From positions 64,001 to 128,000 of the forward strand of contig CAWFAD010000010.1 of the NCBI GenBank assembly GCA_963813815.1: a stretch of 64,000 bases of DNA, read 5' to 3'. Below the pieces are notes generated by a model. That model did no database searches. It saw only the letters and a list, made by a program, of their open reading frames with translations, and was not told where the DNA came from. Shown here in pieces: positions 16,914-31,705 of this stretch. The stretch's first letter is position 1, and each line of letters starts with the position of its first letter. The stretch is from an uncultured bacterium. Lineage in GTDB: Bacteria; Krumholzibacteriota; Krumholzibacteriia; Krumholzibacteriales; Krumholzibacteriaceae. The translations under genes were made by a program, and so were the position numbers.

Positions 16914-19900
16914 ATGATCCATGGGTCGCGTTCCGTGAATCCGCGCCGCGCGGCCGCCCTGTCGGCCGCCGCTCTGGCGCTCGCCGCCGTCTGCGCCTTC
17001 GTTTCCGCCGCGGGCGGCCCCGCGCCCGAGCAACGTCCGCTCATGCGCTTCCCGGATATCGCCGGGAACACGATCGCGTTCGTGTACGGCGAGGATATCT
17101 GGTCGGTGAGCGCGGACGGCGGCGTCGCCGCGAGGCTCACGATGCACGACGGGCAGGAGCGGTATCCGCGCTTCAGCCCGGACGGCTCGATGATCGCCTT
17201 CACCGGCGAATACGACGGCAACGCGGACGTGTACGTGATGAACGCCCACGGCGGAGACATCACGCGCGTCACGTACCATCCGGATTACGACCGGGTCGTC
17301 GGGTGGCACCCCGTGAAGAACAAGATCGTGTTCATATCGGGACGAAAGCACTTCAGGTACACGAGGCTGTACCTCGTTTCCCCGGACGGGTCCGGCCTCG
17401 AGGAAATGATCCTGCACAACGTCGCGCACGCGAGCTTCTCCGGCGACGGGACGATGATCGCCTACAACAAGGTCGAACGCGAGTTCCGCACGTGGAAGCG
17501 CTACCGGGGCGGTCTCGCGCAGGAGGTCCACCTCTACGATCTCGCGACGAACGAGGAGCGCAACCTCACGAACTTCGACGGCACGGATCGTCTCCCCATG
17601 TGGATCGGGGATACGGTCTATTTCTCCTCGGACCGCGACGGCGTCCTCAACATCCATTCGGTCGATCCGCGATCGGGCACCATCGAGCAGATCACGCGCC
17701 ACGCCGACTACGACGTCCGCCGGCCGAGCGAGGGCGACGGCCGCATCGTGTACGAGCTCGGCGGCACGCTGTGGGTGCTCGACGTCGCGACGAAGCGAAC
17801 GCGGCAGGTCCCCGTCGAGATCAAAACCGACGCCCCCGAAGCGCGCCCGTCGCGCGTGGACGTCGCCGGGCTCATTCAGGGCGTCGAGATCTCCCCGGGC
17901 GGCAAACGAGCCCTCGTCGTCGCCCGCGGCGAGGTCTTCACCGTTCCGAAGGAGCACGGCCCCATACGCAACTTGACGCAGACGAGCGGCTCGCGCGACA
18001 AGGACGCCGTCTGGTCGCCCGACGGAACGTCGATCGCCTACCTCTCGGACCGCGGCGGCGAGTACGAGATATACGTCGTCGACGCCGAGGACGGCGGCAA
18101 TCCGCGGCGCATCACGACGAACAGGGACGGGTACCGGCATACGCTGCGCTGGTCGCCCGACGGCGCGAAGATCGCCTTCACGGATCAGACGCTCACTCTG
18201 TACTTCGTGGACGTCGAGACGAAAAAGGTCACGAAGGTGGACAAGGCGGAGTACGAGAACATGGACGTTTCGCTCGACGCCAAGGATATCTACGATTTCG
18301 CCTGGTCCCCCGACAGCCGCTATCTCGCCTACTCGAAGATGAACGCGGATCTCGTCACGCAGGTCTACGTCCATTCGCTCGACGGGAAGGAGACGCACTG
18401 CGTTTCGAACGGACTCTTCAACGATTTTCATCCCGTCTTTTCCCGCGACGGGAAGCGTCTGTTCTTCGTCTCGAACCGGCGGTTCGATCCCGTGTTCTGC
18501 GATTTCGAGTGGGAGATGGTCTACAAGAAATCCTCCGGGATCTACTGCCTCGCCCTCGGGAAGGACGTGGAGCCGCTGCTGCCGCCGCGGAGCGACGACG
18601 AGATCGCGGAGCGGCCGGCCGAGGAGAAGGACGAGGTCTCCGTTCGCATCGATTTCGACGGCATCGCTGACAGGATCGAGCACCTCCCGCTCCCCCCGGG
18701 CAACTACCGGTTCCTCGCCGCCGGGGAGAAGGCGCTCTTTTATCTGAACCGGCAGGACGGCGATTTCAACCGCTTCGAGTTTCGCCTGCCCGAGACGATG
18801 AGCCTCTACGCGTTCGATTTCGAGGAACGCTCCGAGAAGAAAGTCATCGACGAGATCAACTCCTACGCGCTCTCGGCCGACGGGTTGAGCATCGCGTATC
18901 GGCAGGGCCCCGCCGTCGGCATCATCTCCTCCGACGCGCGCGAGACCCCGGGGAGCCCGCTCGATCTCGCGGATCTCGCCATGTGGCTCGATCCGCGCGC
19001 CGAGTGGACGCAGATCTTCAACGAGGCCTGGCGCATGGAGCGCGATTTCTACTACGATCCGGGGATGCACGGGCTCGACTGGCCGGCGATGAGGGAGAAA
19101 TACGGCCGCCTCATGCCGTACGCCTCGTGCCGGCAGGACGTCGAGTTTCTCGTCGGGGAGCTCATCGGCGAGCTCAATACGTCGCACACCTACGTCTACG
19201 GCGGCGATAGACGGCGCGAGGCGGAGCCGATCGGCGTCGGGATGCTCGGCGCCGATTACGAGGTCGACTCAGCCGCGAACCGCTACCGCATCGCGAGGAT
19301 CCTCCGCGTTCCGGACTGGACCCGCGAGATCCTCCCGCCGCTCGTGCGGCCGGGGCTCAGGGTGGCGGAGGGGAACTACCTCCTCCAGGTGAACGGCCGC
19401 GACGTCACCGCCGACCGGGAGATCTACTACTGGTTCCAGGGCCTCGCGGGGAAGCAGGTGACGCTGCTGCTCGCCGACAAGCCGTCCGGGGCGGGCGCAT
19501 GGAAGGTCGTCGTCGAGCCGCTCGCGGGCGAGGGCACGCTCCGGTACCTCGATTGGTGCGAGCGCAACCGGGAGATCGTGGAGCGCGAGTCGAACGGCGC
19601 GATCGGCTACCTCCATCTCCCCGACACGTATACCGGCTCGGCGCGCGAGTTCCCCAAGTATTTCCTCAGCCAGACGCGCAAGCAGGGGATCATCGTCGAC
19701 GGCCGCTTCAACGGCGGCGGACTCGATCCCTTCATCTTTCTCGAGCGGCTGACGCGCCCGGTCACGGGATACTGGACCCGGCGCCATTCTCACGATCAGA
19801 CGAGCCCCTTTTTCGCCGTCAACGCGCACTTCGTCTGCCTCACGAACCGTGAGGCGGGGTCGGGCGGCGACGAGCTGCCGTTCGAGTTTCAGCTTCTGAG

Positions 19901-20204
19901 GCTCGGTCCGGTCATCGGCACGCGCAGCTGGGGAGGGCTCGTGGGCGTGTCGATGTTCATCGGTCTCGTCGACGGCGGCGGACTGACGGCGCCCGATTAC
20001 CGGATCTACGATCCGAACGGCGCATGGGTGGTGGAGAACGTCGGCGTCGTTCCCGAAATCGAGATCGATCTCGATTCGTCCGAAGTGGCGCGCGGCTACG
20101 ACGCCCAGCTCATGAAGGGGATCGAGGTTCTCAAACGAAAGATAGCGGAGGATCCGCGCCCGTGGCCGAAGCACGAGGCGGTTCCCGTCGACAACAACGG
20201 GTAG
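16914..20204 (+). CDS. Tricorn protease homologue (S41B), secreted
   Basis: Signal peptide, PD40/WD40-like repeats (WSPDG), GELNTSH, PDZ, IGYLHLP, DGRFNGGG, AGSGGD, IGTRSWGG. Confidence 0.93.
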   Translation: MIHGSRSVNPRRAAALSAAALALAAVCAFVSAAGGPAPEQRPLMRFPDIAGNTIAFVYGEDIWSVSADGGVAARLTMHDGQERYPRFSPDGSMIAFTGEYDGNADVYVMNAHGGDITRVTYHPDYDRVVGWHPVKNKIVFISGRKHFRYTRLYLVSPDGSGLEEMILHNVAHASFSGDGTMIAYNKVEREFRTWKRYRGGLAQEVHLYDLATNEERNLTNFDGTDRLPMWIGDTVYFSSDRDGVLNIHSVDPRSGTIEQITRHADYDVRRPSEGDGRIVYELGGTLWVLDVATKRTRQVPVEIKTDAPEARPSRVDVAGLIQGVEISPGGKRALVVARGEVFTVPKEHGPIRNLTQTSGSRDKDAVWSPDGTSIAYLSDRGGEYEIYVVDAEDGGNPRRITTNRDGYRHTLRWSPDGAKIAFTDQTLTLYFVDVETKKVTKVDKAEYENMDVSLDAKDIYDFAWSPDSRYLAYSKMNADLVTQVYVHSLDGKETHCVSNGLFNDFHPVFSRDGKRLFFVSNRRFDPVFCDFEWEMVYKKSSGIYCLALGKDVEPLLPPRSDDEIAERPAEEKDEVSVRIDFDGIADRIEHLPLPPGNYRFLAAGEKALFYLNRQDGDFNRFEFRLPETMSLYAFDFEERSEKKVIDEINSYALSADGLSIAYRQGPAVGIISSDARETPGSPLDLADLAMWLDPRAEWTQIFNEAWRMERDFYYDPGMHGLDWPAMREKYGRLMPYASCRQDVEFLVGELIGELNTSHTYVYGGDRRREAEPIGVGMLGADYEVDSAANRYRIARILRVPDWTREILPPLVRPGLRVAEGNYLLQVNGRDVTADREIYYWFQGLAGKQVTLLLADKPSGAGAWKVVVEPLAGEGTLRYLDWCERNREIVERESNGAIGYLHLPDTYTGSAREFPKYFLSQTRKQGIIVDGRFNGGGLDPFIFLERLTRPVTGYWTRRHSHDQTSPFFAVNAHFVCLTNREAGSGGDELPFEFQLLRLGPVIGTRSWGGLVGVSMFIGLVDGGGLTAPDYRIYDPNGAWVVENVGVVPEIEIDLDSSEVARGYDAQLMKGIEVLKRKIAEDPRPWPKHEAVPVDNNG

Positions 20205-20255
20205 GGCGGCCCGCCCCGCCGGGAAGCGCCGCCCGGCCTTGGCGCGCGGCGGCGG

Positions 20256-21279
20256 TCATCGGGAGGGGGCGTCGGAGCGCCTGCCGGGCTCGCGCCGGAG
20301 CCGCCGCGTCTCCTCCGTGTACCGCCTCTGCATCTCGAGCAGCTCCGGATCGCCCTCGTTCGCGAGGGCGGCCGGGCATCGGTTCTCCGCGGCCACCGCG
20401 AGCGAGTCGCCCTCGAAGACGACCGATACCTCGGTGAAGAAGCGCTCCTTGTCTCCCGTCTCCACCACGGTCGCGCCGCCGGCCCGCTCGACGCGCATCG
20501 TCCGGGACGGGGCGTGGCCGCTCAGGACCAGGTCGATCCCCGGAACCTCGCGAGCCAGCTCCACGCTCCCTTCCCATCCGAGATGCGAGACGGCGACGAC
20601 GACGTGGCACCCGCGCGCGCGGAGTCTCGCCGCCGCTTCGAGGGCGGCCTCGCGCGGGTCGGCCACGGCGTAGCGTTTTCTCGCGGCCGCGCCCCTCTCG
20701 TAGACGTACGCCGGAAGGACGACGGCGAAGAGGCCCACGCGGAGCTTTCCGGGCTTGCCGCTCGCCGTCGCGACTCCGGGAAAATCCTTCACGATGTCGC
20801 TCGCGAGTGCACTCCTGCCCGTGCGGCGTTCGACGACGTTCGTGAGGAGCAGCGGCGGCCGGCGGCCGCCCGAGCGGGAGAGAAGCTCGTCGAGGCCGAC
20901 GCGCAGCTCGTTCTCGCCGACGGCGACGGCGTCGTATCCGAGCAGCCGCATCGATCCGAAGAGATGGCGGTCGTTCACCTCGGGGAAGCGGACGGGGGCC
21001 TTGAAATAGAAATCGCCGCCGTCGACGAGGATCGTCGGCCTGCGGCGCCGCCCTTCTTCGACGAGGGAGGCCCACCGGGCCATCCCGCAGTGCTGGGTGC
21101 CTTTTCAGCCGCAGGGTTCGCGATAGCCGGAAAGTCCGCTCGTGAAGAAAATGCCGAGACTCGTGCCGGGGGCGCAACGCTCCGGAAGGGGTTCCTCGCG
21201 GGCCATCCGCACGCGGAACGGCGGGTAGAGGACGAGCAGAGCGAGGAGAACGAGAGCGGCGGTCCGGAGCGTGACGCTC

Positions 21280-21302
<23 letters not shown>
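20256..21302 (-). CDS. UshA/5'-nucleotidase-like metallophosphoesterase-fold protein, probable selenoprotein (Sec at TGA 21105-21107)
   Basis: Track ORFs 21105..21302 and 20256..21083 are in one frame, separated only by TGA: ...[18 protein letters not shown]...LVDGGD...[11 protein letters not shown]...SHLG...LVLSGH; N-terminal hydrophobic anchor. Confidence 0.8.
21068..21102 (-). promoter_or_regulatory. Candidate bacterial SECIS element
   Basis: Directly 3' of the TGA: AGGC...CACTG-C-GG-[GATGG]-CC-CGGTG-GGCCT hairpin; apical loop begins with G about 20 nt after the UGA. Confidence 0.5.
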
Positions 21303-25933
<4,631 letters not shown>

Positions 25934-26020
25934 CCGTTAATGAATTTGACCGAGTTAAAATACTTTACAGCATCGGGCGCATCAAAAGCAAGTGAAAAAT
26001 GAGGAGGCCGGGATCGATCT

Positions 26021-26365
26021 TCAGGGAATGTAGAGGAGTCGTCCGCAGTTTTCGCAGGTTTGAAGCTCGTTGCGGCTCACCGCGGAGAAGAAGGACGTGG
26101 GGAGCTTCACGTAGCAGCCGAGACAGCGGCTTCCCGTGACCGGCAGGATGGCCATCAGGAAGTGCTTGGTGAGCTTTTCGTACCGGTTGAGCAGCGCCTT
26201 CGGGACCTTGCCGGCGAGCTTCGTTCGCTCGCTCTGGAGCAACGATACCCCCGTGAGCTTGAACCCGAGGCCCTCGAGCTCCTTCGAGGTGTTCTTGTCC
26301 TTGACCTCCTTGATCATGATATCGAGGTCTTGAAGAGCGATGAGCATCCGGTGCTCGTCTTTCAA
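26021..26365 (-). CDS. Short C4-type zinc-ribbon protein (CT398/HP0958-like)
   Basis: LIALQDLD...LLNRYEKL...CLGCYVKLP...CENCGRLLY; TTG start overlaps the upstream stop. Confidence 0.8.
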   Translation of the reverse strand: MKDEHRMLIALQDLDIMIKEVKDKNTSKELEGLGFKLTGVSLLQSERTKLAGKVPKALLNRYEKLTKHFLMAILPVTGSRCLGCYVKLPTSFFSAVSRNELQTCENCGRLLYIP

Positions 26366-26829
26366 TCGTCCTTCCCTTCGAAGATGCTCCCGAGCGCGGC
26401 GAAATCGGTCACCTCGCAGAGAGCCTTGAGCTTCGCCGGCTTCTGTATGAGCCCGATGAGCTCGCTCAGGATGGCGAGATAGGTCTCGGAGCCCTTGTCG
26501 GACGGGGCGAGAATGAGGAAAAAAACCTGCGTCGGCTTTCCGTCGAGCGAGTCGAAATCGACGCCGGAGGCCGAGCGGGCGAACAGCACCGTGAGGTTCT
26601 TGATCGCGAGAGAGCGGCCATGGGGGAAGGCGACGCCGTTGCCGAGCCCCGTGCTGCCGAGGTTTTCGCGATTCTTCAGCATGTCCAGGATGAACCGCTC
26701 GTCGGATATCCGCTTCTGGATGGCGAGGTGATGGACGATCTCCGTGAGCACGCTTATTTTCTTGCGTGACCGGAGATGAAAAATGCAAAGATCTTCTTCG
26801 AAGAACGAAATCAGCTTAGAAGCTTCCAT
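26362..26829 (-). CDS. PTS IIA domain protein (PtsN/fructose-mannitol type)
   Basis: RENLGSTGLGNGVAFPHGR (phospho-His), GVDFDSLDGKP..FFLILAP. Confidence 0.9.
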   Translation of the reverse strand: MEASKLISFFEEDLCIFHLRSRKKISVLTEIVHHLAIQKRISDERFILDMLKNRENLGSTGLGNGVAFPHGRSLAIKNLTVLFARSASGVDFDSLDGKPTQVFFLILAPSDKGSETYLAILSELIGLIQKPAKLKALCEVTDFAALGSIFEGKDD

Positions 26830-26956
26830 ACGGAGCGCATCATATCATTCGCCTCGAAGGCTTGTATAGCAATTTTGTCGTTCAGCGGAAAAATATTTTT
26901 TGCTATCTTCCGACGGATGTGGGTACCGGCGATGGAAGCCGTGGAGCGTGGTTGAA

Positions 26957-27894
26957 ATGGCCGCCGAAGAAATTCTCGAGGGTCTCGTCGTTCGCGTTCG
27001 CGGGACCGAATACGTCGTCGAAAGCGGGGGCGGGGAGGTGCGCTGCGCGCTGCGGGGGCGGCTACGCCTCTCCGGCGCGCCGGGGGAGGGGCTCCCTGTC
27101 GTCGGCGACAGAATCCGTTTCTTGATCGAGCCGGGGGGCACCGAGGGTGTCCGGCGCGGGTTCGTTTCGGAGGTGCTGCCGCGCCGCTCCTTCCTCGCCC
27201 GCGTCGATCCTTCGCAGCGGTCCGGCCACCGGCTCATGTGCGCGAACATGGACCGCGCCGTTCTCGTGTTCGCCGCGCGGGAGCCTTCTTCAACGCGCGG
27301 ATGCTCGACCGCATGCTCGTCGCGGCGGAGTGCGGATCCATAGAGCCCGTCATCTGCCTCAACAAGATCGACCTCGCCGATGACCGTGCCGAGATCGATC
27401 GGGAGCTCATGCCGTATCGCGAGATGGGATACGGGGTGGTCCTCGCGAGCGCCGTGACGGGAGAGGGAACGATTGAGCTCGCCCGTCTCCTCGCCGGCGG
27501 CCTCTCCATTCTCGCCGGGCCGTCGGGGGCCGGCAAATCCTCCCTCATCTCGCGCGTGCAGCCGGGGCTCGAGCTCTCGGTCGGCGAGGTGAGCGCGCGG
27601 ACGGGCAAAGGGAAGCACACGACGACGCATTTCGAGCTTCACCGCATGGCCGCCGGAGGGTATCTCGGCGACACCCCGGGCGTCCGCGAGTTCGGGATCT
27701 GGGGGGTGCCGAAGGCGGCTCTTTCATCGTATTTCAGGGATTTCGCCGGGCTGCGCGGCCGGTGCCGGTTCGCGACGTGCACGCACAGCCACGAGCCGGA
27801 CTGCGCCGTCAAGGAAGCGGTCGCCGCGGGCGACCTGGCGCCCGCGCGGTACGAGAGCTATCTTCGTATATACGAAACACTTCCGGACCGGTAG
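26957..27894 (+). CDS. rsgA: Ribosome small subunit-dependent GTPase A (frameshift near 27285)
   Basis: VVGDRI, ANMD, NKID, GPSGAGKSSL, GKHTTT, DTPG, CRFATCTHSHEPDCAV; split over two frames. Confidence 0.9.
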
Positions 27895-28065
27895 GGGGGC
27901 GGTGGGCGAAGAGCGCCGGCGAATAAAAAATTGGCGGCCCGGGGAGGGCCGCCATGCGCAAGAAGGGATTATGGGATGGGGGCAAAACCAACATGTTCTG
28001 CCGGTTAATACGCGAAAGGCGCCGGTGAAGTTCCAAAATATTCTGATTTTTTTCCGCAAGCCGAT

Positions 28066-29169
28066 ATGAGCAAGAAAATTGAAAAATCGCTCAAACTCGC
28101 CCTCGCCCGGCTCGTTTCCGCTTTCCTCGACCGAAGGCGGGTCACCCCCGCCGAGCTCGACGGCATGAATCCGTCGCGGATTCTCGTCATTCGCCAGCAT
28201 AACCAGATGGGGGACATGTTGCTCGCGGTTCCCGCCTTTCGCGGCCTTCGCAACCGCTTCCCCGGGGCGCGGATCTCGCTCGTCGCCGCTCCCATCAACG
28301 CGGCTGCGGCCGCCCGCTGCCCCTACGTCGACGAGGTGCTGACCTACGCGAAGCGGAAAAACCGGGTGAATCCGCTCGCGCTCGCCGCCTTCGTCGCGCG
28401 CCTGCGCGCCGGGCGCTTCGACGCCGTCATCGTGCTCAACACCGTGTCGTTCTCGATCACGAGCATGCTCCTCGCCGCGGCGAGCGGCGCCCGCGTCCGC
28501 ATCGGTTCGACGAGCGGGCCTTTCGGACACGACCTCTCGGCGAGGTTCTACCACCTCGAGCTGCCGCTCCCCGCCCCCGGGGAGCTCGCCCGGATGCACG
28601 AGAGCCGCCACAATCTCTATCCTCTCGAGTCGATCGGCGTGAAGGAGGACGATCTCCGGTCGCTCATCGTGCCGACGAGCGAGGAGGAGCTCGCCGCGGA
28701 GAGCTTTCTCGACGCGTCCGTCGGGAAGTCGCCCTTCATCATCGTCCATCCGGGAGCGGGAAAGAAACAGAACATCTGGCCGCCGGAGCGTTTCGCCTCT
28801 GTCGCATCGCAGCTCCAGCGGCGATACGGGGTGGGAGTGATCGCCGTTCGCGGACCCGTCGACGGGCCGGCGAGCGACGAGTTCATCCGCGCCTCGGCGT
28901 CGCGCCCCACGGTCGTTTCGTCTCCCGGCATCGGATTCCTCGCGAGCCTCATGAAGCGCGCTTCCTGCACTCTCTGCAACGACACCGGAATCATGCACGT
29001 CGCCGGCGCGGCCGGCGCGAGATGCGTGGCCGTGTTCGGGCCGACCGATCCGCTGCGCTGGAAGCCCGTCAACGAGACGGTCGCGGCCGTGCGCGCGGAG
29101 GACGGGAGAGTCGAGTCGGTGACCGTGGAGTCCGTACTCGATGCGGCCGTGCGCTTACTGGCCCTGTGA
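28066..29169 (+). CDS. Glycosyltransferase family 9 (LPS heptosyltransferase-like)
   Basis: MGDMLLAVP, HPGAG..WPPERF, CNDTGIMHVA, VFGPTDP..WKP. Confidence 0.9.
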   Translation: MSKKIEKSLKLALARLVSAFLDRRRVTPAELDGMNPSRILVIRQHNQMGDMLLAVPAFRGLRNRFPGARISLVAAPINAAAAARCPYVDEVLTYAKRKNRVNPLALAAFVARLRAGRFDAVIVLNTVSFSITSMLLAAASGARVRIGSTSGPFGHDLSARFYHLELPLPAPGELARMHESRHNLYPLESIGVKEDDLRSLIVPTSEEELAAESFLDASVGKSPFIIVHPGAGKKQNIWPPERFASVASQLQRRYGVGVIAVRGPVDGPASDEFIRASASRPTVVSSPGIGFLASLMKRASCTLCNDTGIMHVAGAAGARCVAVFGPTDPLRWKPVNETVAAVRAEDGRVESVTVESVLDAAVRLLAL

Positions 29170-30978
29170 TTCGGGAACGAGACGGATGGAGAGGCTGAGC
29201 GGTTCGTCGGGGGGCACGTACACTTCGGTCGACCATGGACGGTACCCCGCTTTTTTGATCTGCACGCGATGCGCGCCCGGCGAGAGCGAGACGGGTTGGG
29301 AGAGCGGCAGGGTTCCCCGGTACGCGCCGTCGACGTAGAGCTGGGCGCCGCGCTCGGAATCGACGTGGAGCGATCCGGTTATCTCCTGCAGAGCGATCCG
29401 GCGGCGAGAGAGCTCGCCGCTCGTGATCCAGACCGTTTCCCGGTACTCGCGATACCCTTCCCGCCTGCAGACGATCTCGTGCGATCCCGCCTCGAGCTCG
29501 AGCATGGCGAGCCTTCCGCTCGCGGTCCGGGGCTCGCCGTCGACGACGATGGATGCCGGGGGCTCGACGGCGACGTCGAGAAAGCCCATTTCGACCGCCC
29601 GCGCGCTTCGAGCGGGCGGGGCGGCCGGCGTCCGCGTGGGCGCCGCGGGGGCGGCGGGGGCGATCGTGTCCGGCGCGGGCGCGGGGTTCGGATCCGTCTC
29701 GGCCGGCGGGGCGGCCGGCGGCGGAACCGGCGCGTTCGGCGAGGTCTTCTCGACGGCGGCGGTATCGGCCGGCGGAGTGACGGGAACGCCTGCGGGGGAA
29801 GCGGACGAATCGGGCGGCTGCCGAAGGGTCTCGGCCTCCGCCGGGAGAGCGCCGGCCGGCCGGACCGGCTCCTCGATCGGCGTCACGATGACGCCGGCGA
29901 GCGGCTCCTCCATTCCCGCGAGCATCGTCGTTCCCTGCGGCGAGACGGGCTCGGCGAACCCGGCGCGAATCGATCGCGAAAAGCCGTCGACGCCGCCGCT
30001 TCGCAGGATGGCAAAGACGAGCAGGGCGGCCGCCGCCGCGGCGGCCGCGAGCGCGGCGGCGGAGCGCCTCGGCGGTTTGCGCTTCGCGCTCGCGCTGCGG
30101 CGGGGGGAGCTCTCCCTGCGTTCGGCGAGAAGCCGCAGCCGGTCGCGGGCCGACGAGAGCGCGTCCGGAGAGAGCGCGGACTCGACGGCGTTCGCCATCT
30201 CGGCCGCGTCGCGGAACCGCTTCGACGGATCGCGCGCGAGCGCCTTCATGACGATCGCCTCCGTCTCGGGGCGTACGGAGGCCGCGCGGCGCCTCGGTTC
30301 CATCGGGGCGCCGTTCACGATGCTGTGTATCACGGCCGCGTAGGTGTCCCCCCGGAACGGCCGCGTTCCGGTGAGGGCTTCGTAGCAGATCGTGCCGAGG
30401 GAAAAGAGATCGCTCCGCCCGTCGATCGTCTCGCCGACCGCCTGCTCGGGAGACATGTAGAGGGGCGTGCCGAGCAGCGTGGAGGCGACCGTTTCCTGTC
30501 TGTCGGGGAGCTGGAGCTTGGCGAGGCCGAAATCCGTTATCACGACTCTTCCGTCGCGTCCGATCATGATGTTCGCCGGTTTGATGTCGCGGTGAACGAT
30601 GCCGCGCCGGTGCGCATGATCGAGCCCGAGACAGATCTCGCGCGCCACGAGGAGGGTGAGATCGTCACCGAGCACGCGTTCCCCGGCGAGCACCTCCTTG
30701 AGGCTCGGCCCGTCGATGTATTCCATGACGATGTAATGGTCGTCGCCCGAGGCGCCGAAATCGATGATGCGCACGATGTTTCCGTGGTCGAGCCGCGCCG
30801 CGGCCTTGGCCTCGAGCTGGAAGCGTCTCGTAAAATCGGGGTCGGAGATGAGGTGCGCGTGCAGGCGTTTGATGACCACGGGACGGTCGAGCGAGGTCTG
30901 AATGGCCTTGTAGAGAACGGCCGTGCCGCCCGTGGCGATGGTTTCGAGAATCCGGTACGTTCCTTCGATGTCTTTCAT
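29155..30978 (-). CDS. Membrane Ser/Thr protein kinase with C-terminal PEGA domains
   Basis: GGTAVLYKA, VVIK, HRDIKPAN, DFGLAK, GTPLYMSPEQ; TM segment; Pro-rich linker; GAQLYVDG..RGTLP...PGAHRVQIKKAGY. Confidence 0.92.
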   Translation of the reverse strand: MKDIEGTYRILETIATGGTAVLYKAIQTSLDRPVVIKRLHAHLISDPDFTRRFQLEAKAAARLDHGNIVRIIDFGASGDDHYIVMEYIDGPSLKEVLAGERVLGDDLTLLVAREICLGLDHAHRRGIVHRDIKPANIMIGRDGRVVITDFGLAKLQLPDRQETVASTLLGTPLYMSPEQAVGETIDGRSDLFSLGTICYEALTGTRPFRGDTYAAVIHSIVNGAPMEPRRRAASVRPETEAIVMKALARDPSKRFRDAAEMANAVESALSPDALSSARDRLRLLAERRESSPRRSASAKRKPPRRSAAALAAAAAAAALLVFAILRSGGVDGFSRSIRAGFAEPVSPQGTTMLAGMEEPLAGVIVTPIEEPVRPAGALPAEAETLRQPPDSSASPAGVPVTPPADTAAVEKTSPNAPVPPPAAPPAETDPNPAPAPDTIAPAAPAAPTRTPAAPPARSARAVEMGFLDVAVEPPASIVVDGEPRTASGRLAMLELEAGSHEIVCRREGYREYRETVWITSGELSRRRIALQEITGSLHVDSERGAQLYVDGAYRGTLPLSQPVSLSPGAHRVQIKKAGYRPWSTEVYVPPDEPLSLSIRLVPESQGQ

Positions 30979-31703
30979 CTAGCCGTCGCGAGCCGCACGG
31001 CGAGCGATTCCGGCAGACCCGCACTCCGAATCTTTTCCTGCGCTCCCCGGACGTCGTAGGGGATGCGCCGGATGTTGATGGTTCCTCTCTGCGCGTCGAG
31101 CAAGACGAAGCTCGCCGCGGCGACGCCGTCCCGCGGCTGTCCGACGCTTCCCACGTTCACGATGTAGCGCGCGCCGGGAGCGGCGGCGACGAGCGTGCCG
31201 CGCAGCACCCGCGAGCCCCGCGTGCCGTCGTGCTCGATGATGGCCGGTACGTGGGTATGGCCGATGAAGATGAATCGCTCGGAGGTCTTCGAGAGAATCC
31301 GGTTCGCCTGGTTGAGGGTGGATATGTATTCCCAGTCCATCGGCGCCGCGGGCGAGGCGTGCGCGAAGACGCAATCGCCGTGGCGGCGGACCGTGTCGTA
31401 CTCGGCGAGCAGCTCGCGGCTCGGCGAGCTGATCGTCCGGCACGTCCAGCGGATCGCCCGCTCGGCCGTCTCGTTGAACGAGTCGGTGTCGATGAGACCG
31501 GCCGCCGCGACGTCGTGGTTGCCCGCGATGCGCAGGGCGGCGCGCTCCTCGACGAGGGCGACGCACTCGTTCGGGTTGGCTCCGTAACCCACGACGTCGC
31601 CGAGCGAGACGACGAGATCGGGGCGCAGGCGATCGGCCTCCTCGAGCACCCGCTCGAGAGCCTCCGCGTTTCCGTGCACATCGGAAAAAACGAAGTACTT
31701 CAT
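30975..31703 (-). CDS. Calcineurin-like metallophosphoesterase (putative protein phosphatase)
   Basis: SDVHGN, LGDVVGYG, GNHD, HASP, GHTH, NVGSVGQPRD. Confidence 0.9.
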   Translation of the reverse strand: MKYFVFSDVHGNAEALERVLEEADRLRPDLVVSLGDVVGYGANPNECVALVEERAALRIAGNHDVAAAGLIDTDSFNETAERAIRWTCRTISSPSRELLAEYDTVRRHGDCVFAHASPAAPMDWEYISTLNQANRILSKTSERFIFIGHTHVPAIIEHDGTRGSRVLRGTLVAAAPGARYIVNVGSVGQPRDGVAAASFVLLDAQRGTINIRRIPYDVRGAQEKIRSAGLPESLAVRLATAR

Positions 31704-31705
31704 GG

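Noticed and set aside
25934..26020. sigma54 (-24/-12) promoter near the activator gene
   Set aside because: No TGGCAC-N5-TTGC-like motif with correct spacing found by eye here or in the other intergenic regions I checked
27895..28065. AT-rich patches (also 25935-26000, 26830-26900, 38095-38200, 40995-41100) as foreign DNA
   Set aside because: Short, intergenic and upstream of gene starts; consistent with promoter regions
29600..29880. Pro/Ala-rich repetitive stretch
   Set aside because: Low-complexity linker of the kinase; no discrete DNA repeat unit
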